Shown here: piece by piece, positions 1-9,633 of the stretch
Numbering within the stretch: the stretch's first letter is position 1
How the letters are laid out: the number at the start of each line of letters is the position of its first letter
Source of the DNA: Basidiobolus meristosporus CBS 931.73
Taxonomy: Eukaryota; Fungi; Basidiobolomycota
NCBI GenBank assembly: GCA_002104905.1
Contig: MCFE01000135.1
Span: forward strand, 1-64,000
Length of the DNA: 64,000 nt
Direction: 5' to 3'
Notes under the pieces: model-generated
What the model was told of the DNA's origin: nothing
The model's database searches: none
Seen by the model: the letters and a program-made list of their open reading frames with translations, nothing else
Made by a program: the position numbers and the translations under genes

Positions 1-543
1 ATGGCACTTGTGTAGATATTGAGAGAATAAATAAGAATGACTTTCTTGGGGGTTTGTTAAGTGCTGGTAGAGTTGAGATTTCGAAGTTGTTTATAAAGCT
101 TGGGAGAAAAATAATCCAATCTTGGAAATAAGCAAATTATCTTCAACACAGCCAACCAAAATGTGTTCCCTTGTACTGGCATCATGCTTGTGTAATATGG
201 TAGGATATATTGCCCATTATTAAACCAACTAAATGTGTTGCATACAGGCATGGTGAAGTAACAACTAGCCGCCATCATATTTAGTTTATAAGCTATTATA
301 AGCAAAATCAATTCCGCAGAATATCTGCTGCGGCCAGCTGAAGGCATACTAATTAATGCAAACCTAGAATAGTGACGCCCAATGCTAACTCCACCAATGA
401 TTTGATTCAATAACGAGGTCTGTACTTCGTAGACCTGTCTCTTTTGACAGCAACACTTCGATTGTGGCGGCATATAAATATGCAGGCTTTCGTAACGTCA
501 TTTTTAAAAATACAAGAGACGAAGTTTGTTTGGTATAGAAACT

Positions 544-1830
544 ATGGCAGAGGATGCTGATTACCAGAGTTACCTCAACTCTATCTTCCCGAACACAACG
601 TGGTCCATTTCACGCCTCGCTGGTGGCATTGTAAACTTCACTTTCCGGGCAACCCTAACCTCCGGTTCTGCACCATACACGAGCCTCATTCTCAAGCATG
701 CGCGGCCATATATTGCTTTTGGCGGCCCAGAGTGGGAGTTTACCACCGAAAGACAGGTATTTGTCCCTCCTTTATTTCTATCGCTTGAAGAAGAAAGCTA
801 AATTTCCTCCTTTTTATAGGATGTCGAAGCCGAACTTCTCTCTCTTTGGGGTGACTCGGGAGCACTTTGTCCTCAGCGTAATCTCAAGGCACATTGGCGC
901 TCACCTCAACTTATCCGCCATGATCAAGGCATAGAGTCAACACTTGGCCTTTCACCTTCTACACAGGAGGCATCTGTCCTCATCCTGGCTGACCTAGGTG
1001 AACTGGTCAACATTGTTGAGTTTCTCAAGTTCCACGCTTCTGAAGGAAACAAAAATGTAACGAGTGCCCAACTCAAAAAAATCGCCACTACCATCGGCCA
1101 AGCTTTTGGCATTATCCACAGCCCTTCCACCGCCTCCATTATTCACTCTCTGCCGAAGTCGGCCGCCCGGTTGACCCATTCGTACACCAAAGCTGTCGAA
1201 TATCAAACCGGAGTCGAGCCCATCAGACAACGCCTTGAACCTCGTTCTGACGCCGAACATCTCTACAAGCGAGTTCTGGACGAGTTCCATAACGTAAAGT
1301 ACAACTATCCCGAGTGTCTAGCCTTGGGGGATTTTTCGCCTGGCTCGGTGTTGATGGACGCTCCTACCCCCAACAGCGATTTGACTCCTATAATAGTGGA
1401 CTGGGAGTTTGCGCGACTCAATGGCCAAGGCGTCAATGCGGATATAGCGGGATTTCTCGCGAGCATGCGCTGCGAGTTGATTCTTCTTGAGGCCAATGGT
1501 AGCAAGGCGGAGTACGATGCTCTCTTGTCCTTCACTGACACGTTCTGCGCTGCGTATCGTGAGACTTCCAATTTGTCTTGTCAAAAACGATCAGACAATG
1601 TTCATATGCAACTTTTGCGCTCCACATTTATTATACATGGTCGCGAGATGCTCAACCGGGCATACGACACTTACGACTCTAGCCCCTGTTCCAAGGACAT
1701 GGTCGATCTTGGCTCGTGGTATATAGAGCATGCGTGCGATGATGTTGAGCAATTCCTCGATGATGCCAACTGGGAGAACTTGAAGCAAGAGCCAGGCTTG
1801 ATGATTCAATCTCTCTTCAAAATAGAATAG
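544..1830 (+). CDS. APH/choline-kinase-fold small-molecule phosphotransferase, 5-methylthioribose kinase / PsiK-like; 2 exons (544-756, 820-1830), about 407 aa
   Basis: Intron 757-819 (GTATTT...TTATAG) joins ORF 526-801 to ORF 1171-1830 in frame. Motifs are RLAGGIVNFTFR (ATP loop), SLILKHARPY (beta3 Lys), LGDFSPGSVL (catalytic Asp) and IVDWEFA (Mg-binding Asp). TATA-like TATAAATA at 473-480. Confidence 0.85.
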
Positions 1831-2265
1831 AGCAAGATGCTCAGGTTTAATGTGCAGGTCGGCAGTATTCATGGCTTTCTTCATGGCCTTCGGATGTATA
1901 TGGAGAATAAACGTTTGAATGGTTGGTGAGAGCGATTCCTGGTGGCCACTTCTTTCCAGCCAACTCGCTCATTCAAAATTATGTGCGTCACAGTATCAGT
2001 AGCAGTACCAAGAGTGATAGGGCCAGCACATGCATCAGATGGGTCCAGATCAGAATGTTCCTACTGGCATTGCATGTGTCCTATGACACTAATCATAGTA
2101 TTTGCTACTGTTTAGACTATGCTACACAGATTTTCGAACCTTCCGAGCAAGCTCAATAGTACTTATCATCAGTCTTCCCATTACATTTGTCTGTTTATTA
2201 TCTTCTTTCAGGTGAAAAAAATCGCATAAATAAGTACTCTTTGTCGCCAGTTAACGTGGTGAACA

Positions 2266-2790
2266 TTAGTTGTGCCAGACAAAGCTAACCCCGTATCCTG
2301 ATTGGAAGGTCTCATACGTCTTGATATAAGGACCACCGTTGTAATTGTAATTGCTAGTATACACCTCGTCATCAGATTCAATCCGTTCAACTACCGCCAC
2401 ATGGCCGTCGCTTCCAACCCCTTGATATCCAGGCTGAATAACGATGATGGACGGAACTCTGGGTTGCTTTGATACTGACCATCCTGATGAACCCCTGGCG
2501 GATGATGCCCATGTAGAGGCATCTCCGGACCAATCTACGTGATTACCCGTTAGTTGGGCGTAGCGAGCATCTGCCCAGTCAGTACATTGGCCATTGTTGA
2601 AGCGAAATTGCAGTGAAGCCTTGATGGCCCGACTACTGAGATGGTAGACTCTATCAACGCCATTGCTACTTGTTTGATAAGAGTTGCTGTGAAGCCTCAC
2701 CCCACTGGCGGTATCGTATAGCGGCAGAGTGTGCACCATAAATCCAGTGAGGTAGAGTGCAAGAACCAGCAAGCAGGAAAACGAGGACAT
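2266..2790 (-). CDS. Secreted CHAP-domain protein (putative peptidoglycan amidase/endopeptidase), intronless, 174 aa
   Basis: Hydrophobic N-terminus MSSFSCLLVLALYLTG. CHAP signature NGQCTDWA (catalytic Cys), GDASTW, GHVAVVE (catalytic His) and the SNYN strand. TATATAAA about 60 nt upstream on the minus strand. Confidence 0.9.
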   Translation of the reverse strand: MSSFSCLLVLALYLTGFMVHTLPLYDTASGVRLHSNSYQTSSNGVDRVYHLSSRAIKASLQFRFNNGQCTDWADARYAQLTGNHVDWSGDASTWASSARGSSGWSVSKQPRVPSIIVIQPGYQGVGSDGHVAVVERIESDDEVYTSNYNYNGGPYIKTYETFQSGYGVSFVWHN

Positions 2791-3461
2791 GCTTCCGGTT
2801 TACTTTTCCAGAAGTAATTTTTGGGGAGCAGGATTCTGGATGTCTGCATTTATATAGTGGCTCTCTCTGCTGCATATATGCAGCGCGATATAGACCAGCA
2901 TATATTGATTAACGGCCAGCTTCAACCCAACCCGATCATTCTGGTAATTCAGCACCCAAGCACTTGGGTCACCATCTCACACTGAGTGAGATGTCTTAGG
3001 GTTACTCATTAATTAGGCCGCACTTTCGCCAAACTGAGAAATTACCAAGTGCGGGGTTTAATTTGGCTGGTCGAAAGCGAAGGCTTTTCCAGTATTTACT
3101 TGTTTCTGATAACTGCTACATATGTATTTCAATACAGTTGCCCTCCCCTGAAATATCGAGCTATACTTCTATTCTGACCACATGTATAAGCATTAGTATT
3201 TGTACGGAATCGCCCCTTTTCATCATTGGTTCGGGGCTTTTATCATTTAACCATGAGTTATATAGGCTAATGCCCTCATCATATTCGCCTAAGTACCCTT
3301 CGTTACTTGAGCTCACCTCGCCCCACATATTCCTCCATCGGATGTACACTTCTTCAATGCTTATCGTTCAGTAGCCCGCTTACTTGACCAGTGGTGGAGG
3401 CAAGTTCAATGATGCTGCAGATTCAAGAATAGATGCATCGGCTGCTTCTTTATTTATTTTC

Positions 3462-4061
3462 CTAAGCGCGGTTAGAGTTTGAGAAGTAGAAACGTCCACC
3501 ACTAGGCCCGGATGTTACGCCTACGGTCCCGAGCTTTCCCGAGTTCAGATTTACCACGAATTTCTTCTCCTTTCTTACTGGGAATGGCGGGTTACCATTG
3601 GTTTCGACTGCGTAGGTCCACCAGGCAAATTCCCGATTGTTTTGGCTGCTGTCATAGTATTTGAAGTAACTTCGGTTGCATCCGACCACATTCTTGGATG
3701 TCAACTTGGCCGTTTCACAAATCACCTTGTTATTTGGGGCCTGGACTCGATAATACTGCGTGCTCTCATCCACGATATTGAACCCAAGGCAATCTCCGGA
3801 TGCTTCCGGCCTCATACACAGATAGTTCCCGTTGTCCGGGCAATAGCCCAAGCAGTGGCCGGAGCCGTAATTTTTCTCCTTAATGGTGTAGGAGTACGCA
3901 TTTCCTTCGATGACTCTGACCCCTTCTCCCGTAAAGATGACCTTTTGGGGATTTTTGGTGCCTTGGTATGTGACAGGACTGCCCGGGGCGAATACGTCCC
4001 CGGGATCAGACTGGACTGATTCCATAGCGGCAATAAGGGATACAAGGCTAGCTAGAAGCAT
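3462..4061 (-). CDS. Small secreted Cys-containing protein of unknown function, 199 aa (possibly beta-trefoil/lectin-like)
   Basis: ATG-initiated intronless ORF with signal peptide MLLASLVSLIAAMESVQS and six Cys. It is rich in Gly, Tyr and Asn with beta-strand-like patterning. TATAAA about 60 nt upstream. The fold assignment is inference. Confidence 0.7.
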   Translation of the reverse strand: MLLASLVSLIAAMESVQSDPGDVFAPGSPVTYQGTKNPQKVIFTGEGVRVIEGNAYSYTIKEKNYGSGHCLGYCPDNGNYLCMRPEASGDCLGFNIVDESTQYYRVQAPNNKVICETAKLTSKNVVGCNRSYFKYYDSSQNNREFAWWTYAVETNGNPPFPVRKEKKFVVNLNSGKLGTVGVTSGPSGGRFYFSNSNRA

Positions 4062-4519
4062 TGAAGCGATCGGAATACGTGATGTTTTGATACTCTGCCG
4101 CTTCCCTAGCGGGGGGTTTTATAATGTCTCGAGAAAAAAAGTTGGCGGTAAATTAGCAAGCATCCGTCATAGCCGAAGCCTTGTTTCTATACAGGTCGAT
4201 GTGGTATATCAGCTTCCTATTTCCCATTCATTTGCGGCGGGAATGAAGATCGCGGCCTAATATAAGTAATAATCTACATCGCTGTGGAACGAATGAAATG
4301 TTTGTTTGTTCCCAAATGTCGCAATAAATGATGCTATCACTCCGTGCGTTCGCGCATCCCTCCCATGTTTGGTGCAGAGCGACATGAGTATAGTGGCATT
4401 AATTGAAGTACCATTCATTCTGTGGAAGCTTGTTACAGTTACTTGCTCAGGAAGGCTAAGACCAAATTCATGGTATTTATTTAATACTAACTGCACCTCT
4501 TGAGTTAACCAGCTATACA

Positions 4520-7500
4520 TCATTCTGACTCCGAATCACCAGAAAAGTCAGCCACAAGCCCTCTATAGTTTTCTATATCTGTACGCGCACCCGAGCCTAT
4601 CAAGAGACTCAAAGCTTTCATATTCCCTTGTGAAGTTGCATAGTGAAATGGTGTGTTCCCCGTGTTATTGACCGCATTGACGTTGGCGCCAGCTTTAAGA
4701 AGTAACAGTATCACTTCAGTATATTCTGTTAGCTTCTCCGACTTGGTCGCAGTATGTAAAGGAGTGTCTCCGCTATTGTTGATGGCGTTGGCTGGTGCCC
4801 CTGCCTTCAAGAGTAATTCCACCCCTAGTAGATTACTGCCGTGAGCGAATGAATGCAATGGAGTGTTTCCCAAAAAGTCCTTTTCGTTGACATCGACACC
4901 AACAAGCAGAGAGGACAGTAGTTTTCTATCCCTGCAACGGTAAGCCCGATGCAGAGGAAAACGTCCAAATCTGTCTTTTATGGTAACATCAGCCTTGCGT
5001 GCGATCAGCCCTTTCATCATAGCCTGTTGATTTTCACTCACAGCAAGATGAAGTGGTGTGGTTCCATATATACTCCTAGCGTTGATATCTGAGCCATGAT
5101 TGAGAAGGGTGTACACAGCCTTCCAATTTCTCAGTTTGGCTGCGCGATGAAGTGGTATTTCCTTGTTACTATTTTCAATGTTAACATCTGCCCCCCAACG
5201 AAGTAGCGTTGACACGCACCTCACATCATGCTTTGCAGCGTAATGGAGAGCTGTGTTGCCAAGCCCATCTTTGCTATTGACGGCCGCCCCGGATTTCAGT
5301 AGAATCTTGATTAGATCCAGATACCCTCCGATAGCAGCTTGTTGCAGCGGAGTGATTCCATGATGGTTTCTCATGTTAACATCAGCCTTTGCCCCAAGTA
5401 GGAGCCTAGCAATGTTAAGATTATTGCAGAAGATAGCGATAAACAATGGGGTGTTTCCTTCGTAATCATTAATGTCGACCTGAGCCCCGACATGAATCAA
5501 GTGATCGCAGATCTCTCTATGACTCCGTTTTACACTGTAGTGCAGTGCGGACCTTCCTTTGTGATTTTTGCCATTGACATCTGCTCCTTGTTCGATGAGG
5601 GATACCACTTGGTTGTAATTACCCGTTTTAGAGGCCACGTGAAGATCAAAGTCCCCCGAAGCGTGCCGTTTCGCCCCCAACCTCTTGAGAAACTCCACCA
5701 TCACTTCATTTCCTATCTCCGTGGCAAAGTCAAGTGGGCATTTTTTCCTTTTGTCGTAGATGTTGATCTCAGCACCAGCTTTAAGGAGCAGATTGACAAC
5801 CTCCGTGTTCCCTGATTTGACTGCCGTATGTAGCAAGCTGTATTCAGTATCTACAATATTTACACGAGCCCCAGCTTCTAGCAGGATCCCCATTATCTCC
5901 GTATTGCAGGTGTCGCCGTAGAACGCCCCCTTTAGAATATTGTTTGGCGCTGCCTCTACGCTAGCCCCATGATCGAGCAACAGTTTCACCAGCTTGGGGT
6001 TTTCTGACTTGACCGCACGGTGGAGAGGGGTACTATCAAAATTATTGGCCACCTCCAACCCTGCCGAGGCTTTCAACAGCAATTCAGCCACTGCTTCATC
6101 TTCAGCAACATGGAGTGGGGTGTTACCGCGGTCAGTGGTAATGTGTACGCTTGCTCCCTTTTGAAGCAGAAGCTTCACTATTTCTAAATGGCCATTCTCC
6201 GCTGCATGGTACAAGGGTGAGCCATACGAGGCATCCTCTACATTGACATTTGCTCCAGCTTGAATTAACAACTTCAGCAATTCAAGATGACCGTATTCAG
6301 CCGCTAAGGTGGCAGGAGTTTCACCCTGCTCAGTCTCAAGGTTTGCGTTCGCCCCTGCTGTCAATAAGAGCTGTGCAATCTCTGTATCGCCATTTCTCAC
6401 TGCCACATGAAGAGGACTCCGTTCATCACAACTCTCGATGTTTGTTTCCGCCCCAGCATCAAGGAGGAGTTTCACGACTCCACTATTCCTAGCTCCAGTT
6501 GCAAGAAGCAATGGTGTATCTTCTTCGTCATTTCGTACATCAATAGCTATCTCGTCCACTGCAAGTAGGATTGACACCAATTCTTCTCCACCATGCTGCG
6601 AGGCAAGATGTAACGCGGACTCTCCCTGCTCATCTAGTTGATTGATATCAACCTCGTTTTCCAATAGAATGCTCACCAGACTCGCGCAGCCTTTCACACA
6701 AGCCCAGTGCAGCAATGTTCTTCCCCCAATGATTGGAAGTGCGTCAATGGGCTCCGAGAAACTCTTCACCCATACGGTTGCGCTCTCTACATCCCCCAAT
6801 ATCGCTTCCACTAATGCCATCACTCCACGAGAGATTGTGATATTCTCCTTAGCCATAAGATAAACCATCCTCTTGGCACGTTCGTACGCGGAATCTTCCG
6901 CTTTAGCCACTTGGCTTGTTAGATATTTCGTAATGGAACTTAGCTGCTCTTCTGCCCAGCTACATGACTGTAGCCTTAAAATCACTTCCTGTATGTTGAT
7001 ACGATTGTCTGGATTGACCTGTGTACATGCAACAATCAGTTTTCGCATTTCGCGGGGCCAATCCAGTTCCAGCGCTGATATCAGCCCCGAGCCTTCAAGA
7101 TGATGTTCCTCCAGCTCTTGATATTTTCGTTTGGTCTTCAGTGGCTTGCTCGCCCGCCCGAATACCCTGTAGCATAGCATGCCAAAGCTGTAAATGTCGC
7201 TGGATGATGATGGCCCTTCAGGGGTGGTCCACTCAGTACCCAGCATCTTGGAATTCCTATACTTTACGCCACCGAAGTAGTCGGCGATTTTTGGCTCCAT
7301 GTCATCATCTACGATTACACTAGAAAGATTCAATCCAGCATGGATCATTCCTGCCTCCAGGGGTTTCTGGAGTAACCTGGCTATCTTCAGTAGAATAATC
7401 CGCAAGCCCTCCCGGCCGACTGTTTCGCCATGCTCGTTAACGAACTCATCCAACGTCGGACCCCATACATTTCGCGTGACCAGCCAAGGCAGCGAGCCGT

Positions 7501-7726
7501 CTCCTTCCCCATCGCCCTCGATTAAGCCCAGTGGTTGGAGCAATCCTTCAATGGCCAGTCCTGCCAGCTTCAATGCCTCGGTCGTGGCTTCATTCGCATC
7601 GACTACGCTGGGATCTACTTCTCTGATGGACACCAGTTGGTCTCCCAGGATCCCTCTGAGCATTTTCCCCTCTCCACCCCCAACGACCACCTCGACGGAA
7701 CTTATATCGGATCTTTGGATATTCAT
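4520..7726 (-). CDS. TKL-type pseudokinase fused to about 22 ankyrin repeats, intronless, about 1068 aa from the first ATG
   Basis: The ORF 4520-7753 has its first ATG at 7726. Kinase subdomains are VVGGGEG, VSIRE (Lys to Arg), IHAGLNLSS (HRD Asp lost), KIADYF, WTTPEG, SDIYSFGMLCY and CTQVNPDNRINI. These are followed by about 22 repeats of G-x-T-P-L-H-x-A...LL-x-x-GA-x-V-N. Confidence 0.9.
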   Translation of the reverse strand: MNIQRSDISSVEVVVGGGEGKMLRGILGDQLVSIREVDPSVVDANEATTEALKLAGLAIEGLLQPLGLIEGDGEGDGSLPWLVTRNVWGPTLDEFVNEHGETVGREGLRIILLKIARLLQKPLEAGMIHAGLNLSSVIVDDDMEPKIADYFGGVKYRNSKMLGTEWTTPEGPSSSSDIYSFGMLCYRVFGRASKPLKTKRKYQELEEHHLEGSGLISALELDWPREMRKLIVACTQVNPDNRINIQEVILRLQSCSWAEEQLSSITKYLTSQVAKAEDSAYERAKRMVYLMAKENITISRGVMALVEAILGDVESATVWVKSFSEPIDALPIIGGRTLLHWACVKGCASLVSILLENEVDINQLDEQGESALHLASQHGGEELVSILLAVDEIAIDVRNDEEDTPLLLATGARNSGVVKLLLDAGAETNIESCDERSPLHVAVRNGDTEIAQLLLTAGANANLETEQGETPATLAAEYGHLELLKLLIQAGANVNVEDASYGSPLYHAAENGHLEIVKLLLQKGASVHITTDRGNTPLHVAEDEAVAELLLKASAGLEVANNFDSTPLHRAVKSENPKLVKLLLDHGASVEAAPNNILKGAFYGDTCNTEIMGILLEAGARVNIVDTEYSLLHTAVKSGNTEVVNLLLKAGAEINIYDKRKKCPLDFATEIGNEVMVEFLKRLGAKRHASGDFDLHVASKTGNYNQVVSLIEQGADVNGKNHKGRSALHYSVKRSHREICDHLIHVGAQVDINDYEGNTPLFIAIFCNNLNIARLLLGAKADVNMRNHHGITPLQQAAIGGYLDLIKILLKSGAAVNSKDGLGNTALHYAAKHDVRCVSTLLRWGADVNIENSNKEIPLHRAAKLRNWKAVYTLLNHGSDINARSIYGTTPLHLAVSENQQAMMKGLIARKADVTIKDRFGRFPLHRAYRCRDRKLLSSLLVGVDVNEKDFLGNTPLHSFAHGSNLLGVELLLKAGAPANAINNSGDTPLHTATKSEKLTEYTEVILLLLKAGANVNAVNNTGNTPFHYATSQGNMKALSLLIGSGARTDIENYRGLVADFSGDSESE

Positions 7727-7753
7727 GAGCGCTACCAGGTATGCTTGCGGCAA

Positions 7754-8790
7754 TGTCTTCCAGAGGGAGATTTGTTGATGATACAGAAGGAGCGACCGCT
7801 ATGCTTTTATGCAGTCCGGATTGACCATCCTGTTCCCATGTGGATCCTTCTTGTCAGAGGTAAACATGCATCACGATTGACCTGCTGCGGTCCATGGGAC
7901 CAATGTTGATCAATTTAATTATTCGGCTGGATTGAGATTTCGAGTGATCATCCCACCGGTATCCGACCAGTCGTTGCGGTGTTTTCCCCCCAGACTGGCG
8001 CAGCAATAGACCAGGGAATGGCTGGTGGTTGTGGCATGCGACTAGTACATATCCAGAGGAGCCAACTATTTACACCGATATCAGGATCCGCACCTTGGGC
8101 CTTGCAGTGTAATCCCAGGCTGGATTACATGGGTAGGGTTTCCTCGAGGCTTTTGGCAAAGAGGGCGACTCGTTCTTCGATGTCCACAATAGTCTATTCG
8201 TCAAGTGTGACTGTTACGCGCCCTGGGATACCAGATGGTGCTGGCGGCCTAATTGTGATCGCATATACCATCCATGAAGTGTCAAAGAACCTGAACAGCG
8301 CGGTATTCACCCAATCTTCGTGGTGTGTGCACCTGATATTGAGGCAAAAATAAATGGCTTGACCCAGAATATAGGTGAGATTGTAACCCGCTTTGCAGGG
8401 GTATATGTCAGTCACATCCCCGTCTGTGTCCGGAGAGGCTGGCTTTAGGCTTACACTCAACCGTCTTCGTCTTCGTCTTCATGGTAAACACCGTGATAAA
8501 TCATGCCGCACTATTGTCCACATTCGAATCCCCATGATCCGACCAATCATACGGAGCCTCCTCTCCACTCCGCCTAACCTGCCAACCGGATATTCGGTCA
8601 ACTCCCGTAAATGCACCGGAAACCCCGCCCTCGACTCGACCATTTCCCAGAGATTTCGGGGAGGGGTTGGGGTTAGGGCATGGTCGCCGTTGATTTCGGT
8701 CGGGTCTTGGCCAGCGAGGTTCGAGTAAACAATGGATTTTGCACACAAGGGGGAGGTACACTGGGTTGGGAATTCGGGATCGGCTTCCCA
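7754..8790 (-). pseudogene. Decayed coding remnant upstream of the pseudokinase-ANK ORF, possibly a HET-like N-terminal domain
   Basis: The kinase frame continues upstream past one in-frame TAG (7799-7801). Fragments in different frames are PPRNLWEMVESR, LGQAIYFCLNIRCTHHEDWVNT and LHGWYMRSQL. These loosely recall HET-domain blocks. No canonical introns link them. Confidence 0.3.
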
Positions 8791-8818
8791 TTGGTCGTGG
8801 TGGAGGGGAAAAATAATT

Positions 8819-8890
8819 TGCCTACTGCCAGGATTGAACTGGCGACCTTCAGTTTACGAGACTGACGCGCTACCACTGCGCTAAGCAGGC
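8819..8890 (-). tRNA. tRNA-Thr (anticodon CGT), 72 nt, intronless
   Basis: Reverse complement is GCCTGCTTAGCGCAGTGGTAGCGCGTCAGTCTCGTAAACTGAAGGTCGCCAGTTCAATCCTGGCAGTAGGCA. Acceptor stem GCCTGCT/AGTAGGC, anticodon arm TCAGT-CTCGTAA-ACTGA and T-loop GTTCAAT are all present. A T5 Pol III terminator lies at 8809-8813. Confidence 0.95.
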
Positions 8891-9176
8891 TGTTGATGTT
8901 AAAATTTAATAACAATCGTATATGGGAACATGTATATACATACTACTCTATCAATACGCGATCAATTACTTGATGGTCACTTGATACCATTCTTTGTTGG
9001 AGGGATCCTTTTCAATGTTGTCAAGTTGAGTGTCTTCGGTTTCATTGTTACTCCGAGTCCTACCCACATGAAACGATCGGTGTTCCATTCACCACACCTC
9101 ATTAACTAGAAAAGGGACCGGATCCATACTGATTGAAACCGTATTTATTAGCCAGCTAATGTAAACCATGGTGTAT

Positions 9177-9633
9177 TCAGTCGTTCCAAATAAAGCTAAC
9201 CCCACTACCTGTCTGGAATCAGTTTGGTCATAAGAGTTACCGTTGTAATTCCAGTCGCTGGTGTACACTTCGCTGGCGGATTCGATTCGCTCGACCACTG
9301 CAACATGACCGTCACCTTGAATCCCTGGCTGGATAGCAATGATGGAAGCAACTTTGGGTTGATGGACATTGTCTATCCTGATGTGTTCGCATTTCCTGAC
9401 CATGCCACATGATAACCTGTTATCAGCCCAGTCAGTGCATAGTCCATTGTATGTGCCCTTGGAGCGCGTAATTTTCCCCGTTTCCATTGCCGTCACTGTA
9501 GTTTTCTCATTCCCATGGCTTCGACTTTAAAGCATGGTCTTGTGAATGGCCCCTGCGAGATAGATACCTTACAATAGAAGGGTATCCACCACAAGCCCAG
9601 CGTGAGGACCGGCAAGCATAAGAGTGATTGCAT
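9177..9633 (-). pseudogene. Decayed paralog of the secreted CHAP gene at 2266-2790
   Basis: Collinear fragments are MQSLLCLPVLTL, YNGLCTDWADNR, HVAWSGNANT, SG* (Trp to TAG), QPKVASIIAIQPGIQGDGHVAVVERIES and GSGVSFIWND*. Several small deletions and frameshifts separate them. A TATA box is retained about 50 nt upstream. Confidence 0.85.

Noticed and set aside
57-473. 138-aa minus-strand ORF
   Set aside because: No recognisable motif, AT-rich, and its start overlaps the TATA box of the gene at 544. FNNGQY only coincidentally resembles the CHAP motif.
4257-4523. 88-aa ORF overlapping the stop codon of the kinase-ANK gene
   Set aside because: No motifs and it lies in the probable 3' UTR. There is no independent support.
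8819-8890. Anticodon arm resembles elongator tRNA-Met, suggesting an anticodon-shifted tRNA
   Set aside because: G1-C72, C2-G71, G35/U36 and the paired 31-39 position fit a normal tRNA-Thr. A shift cannot be supported without comparative data.
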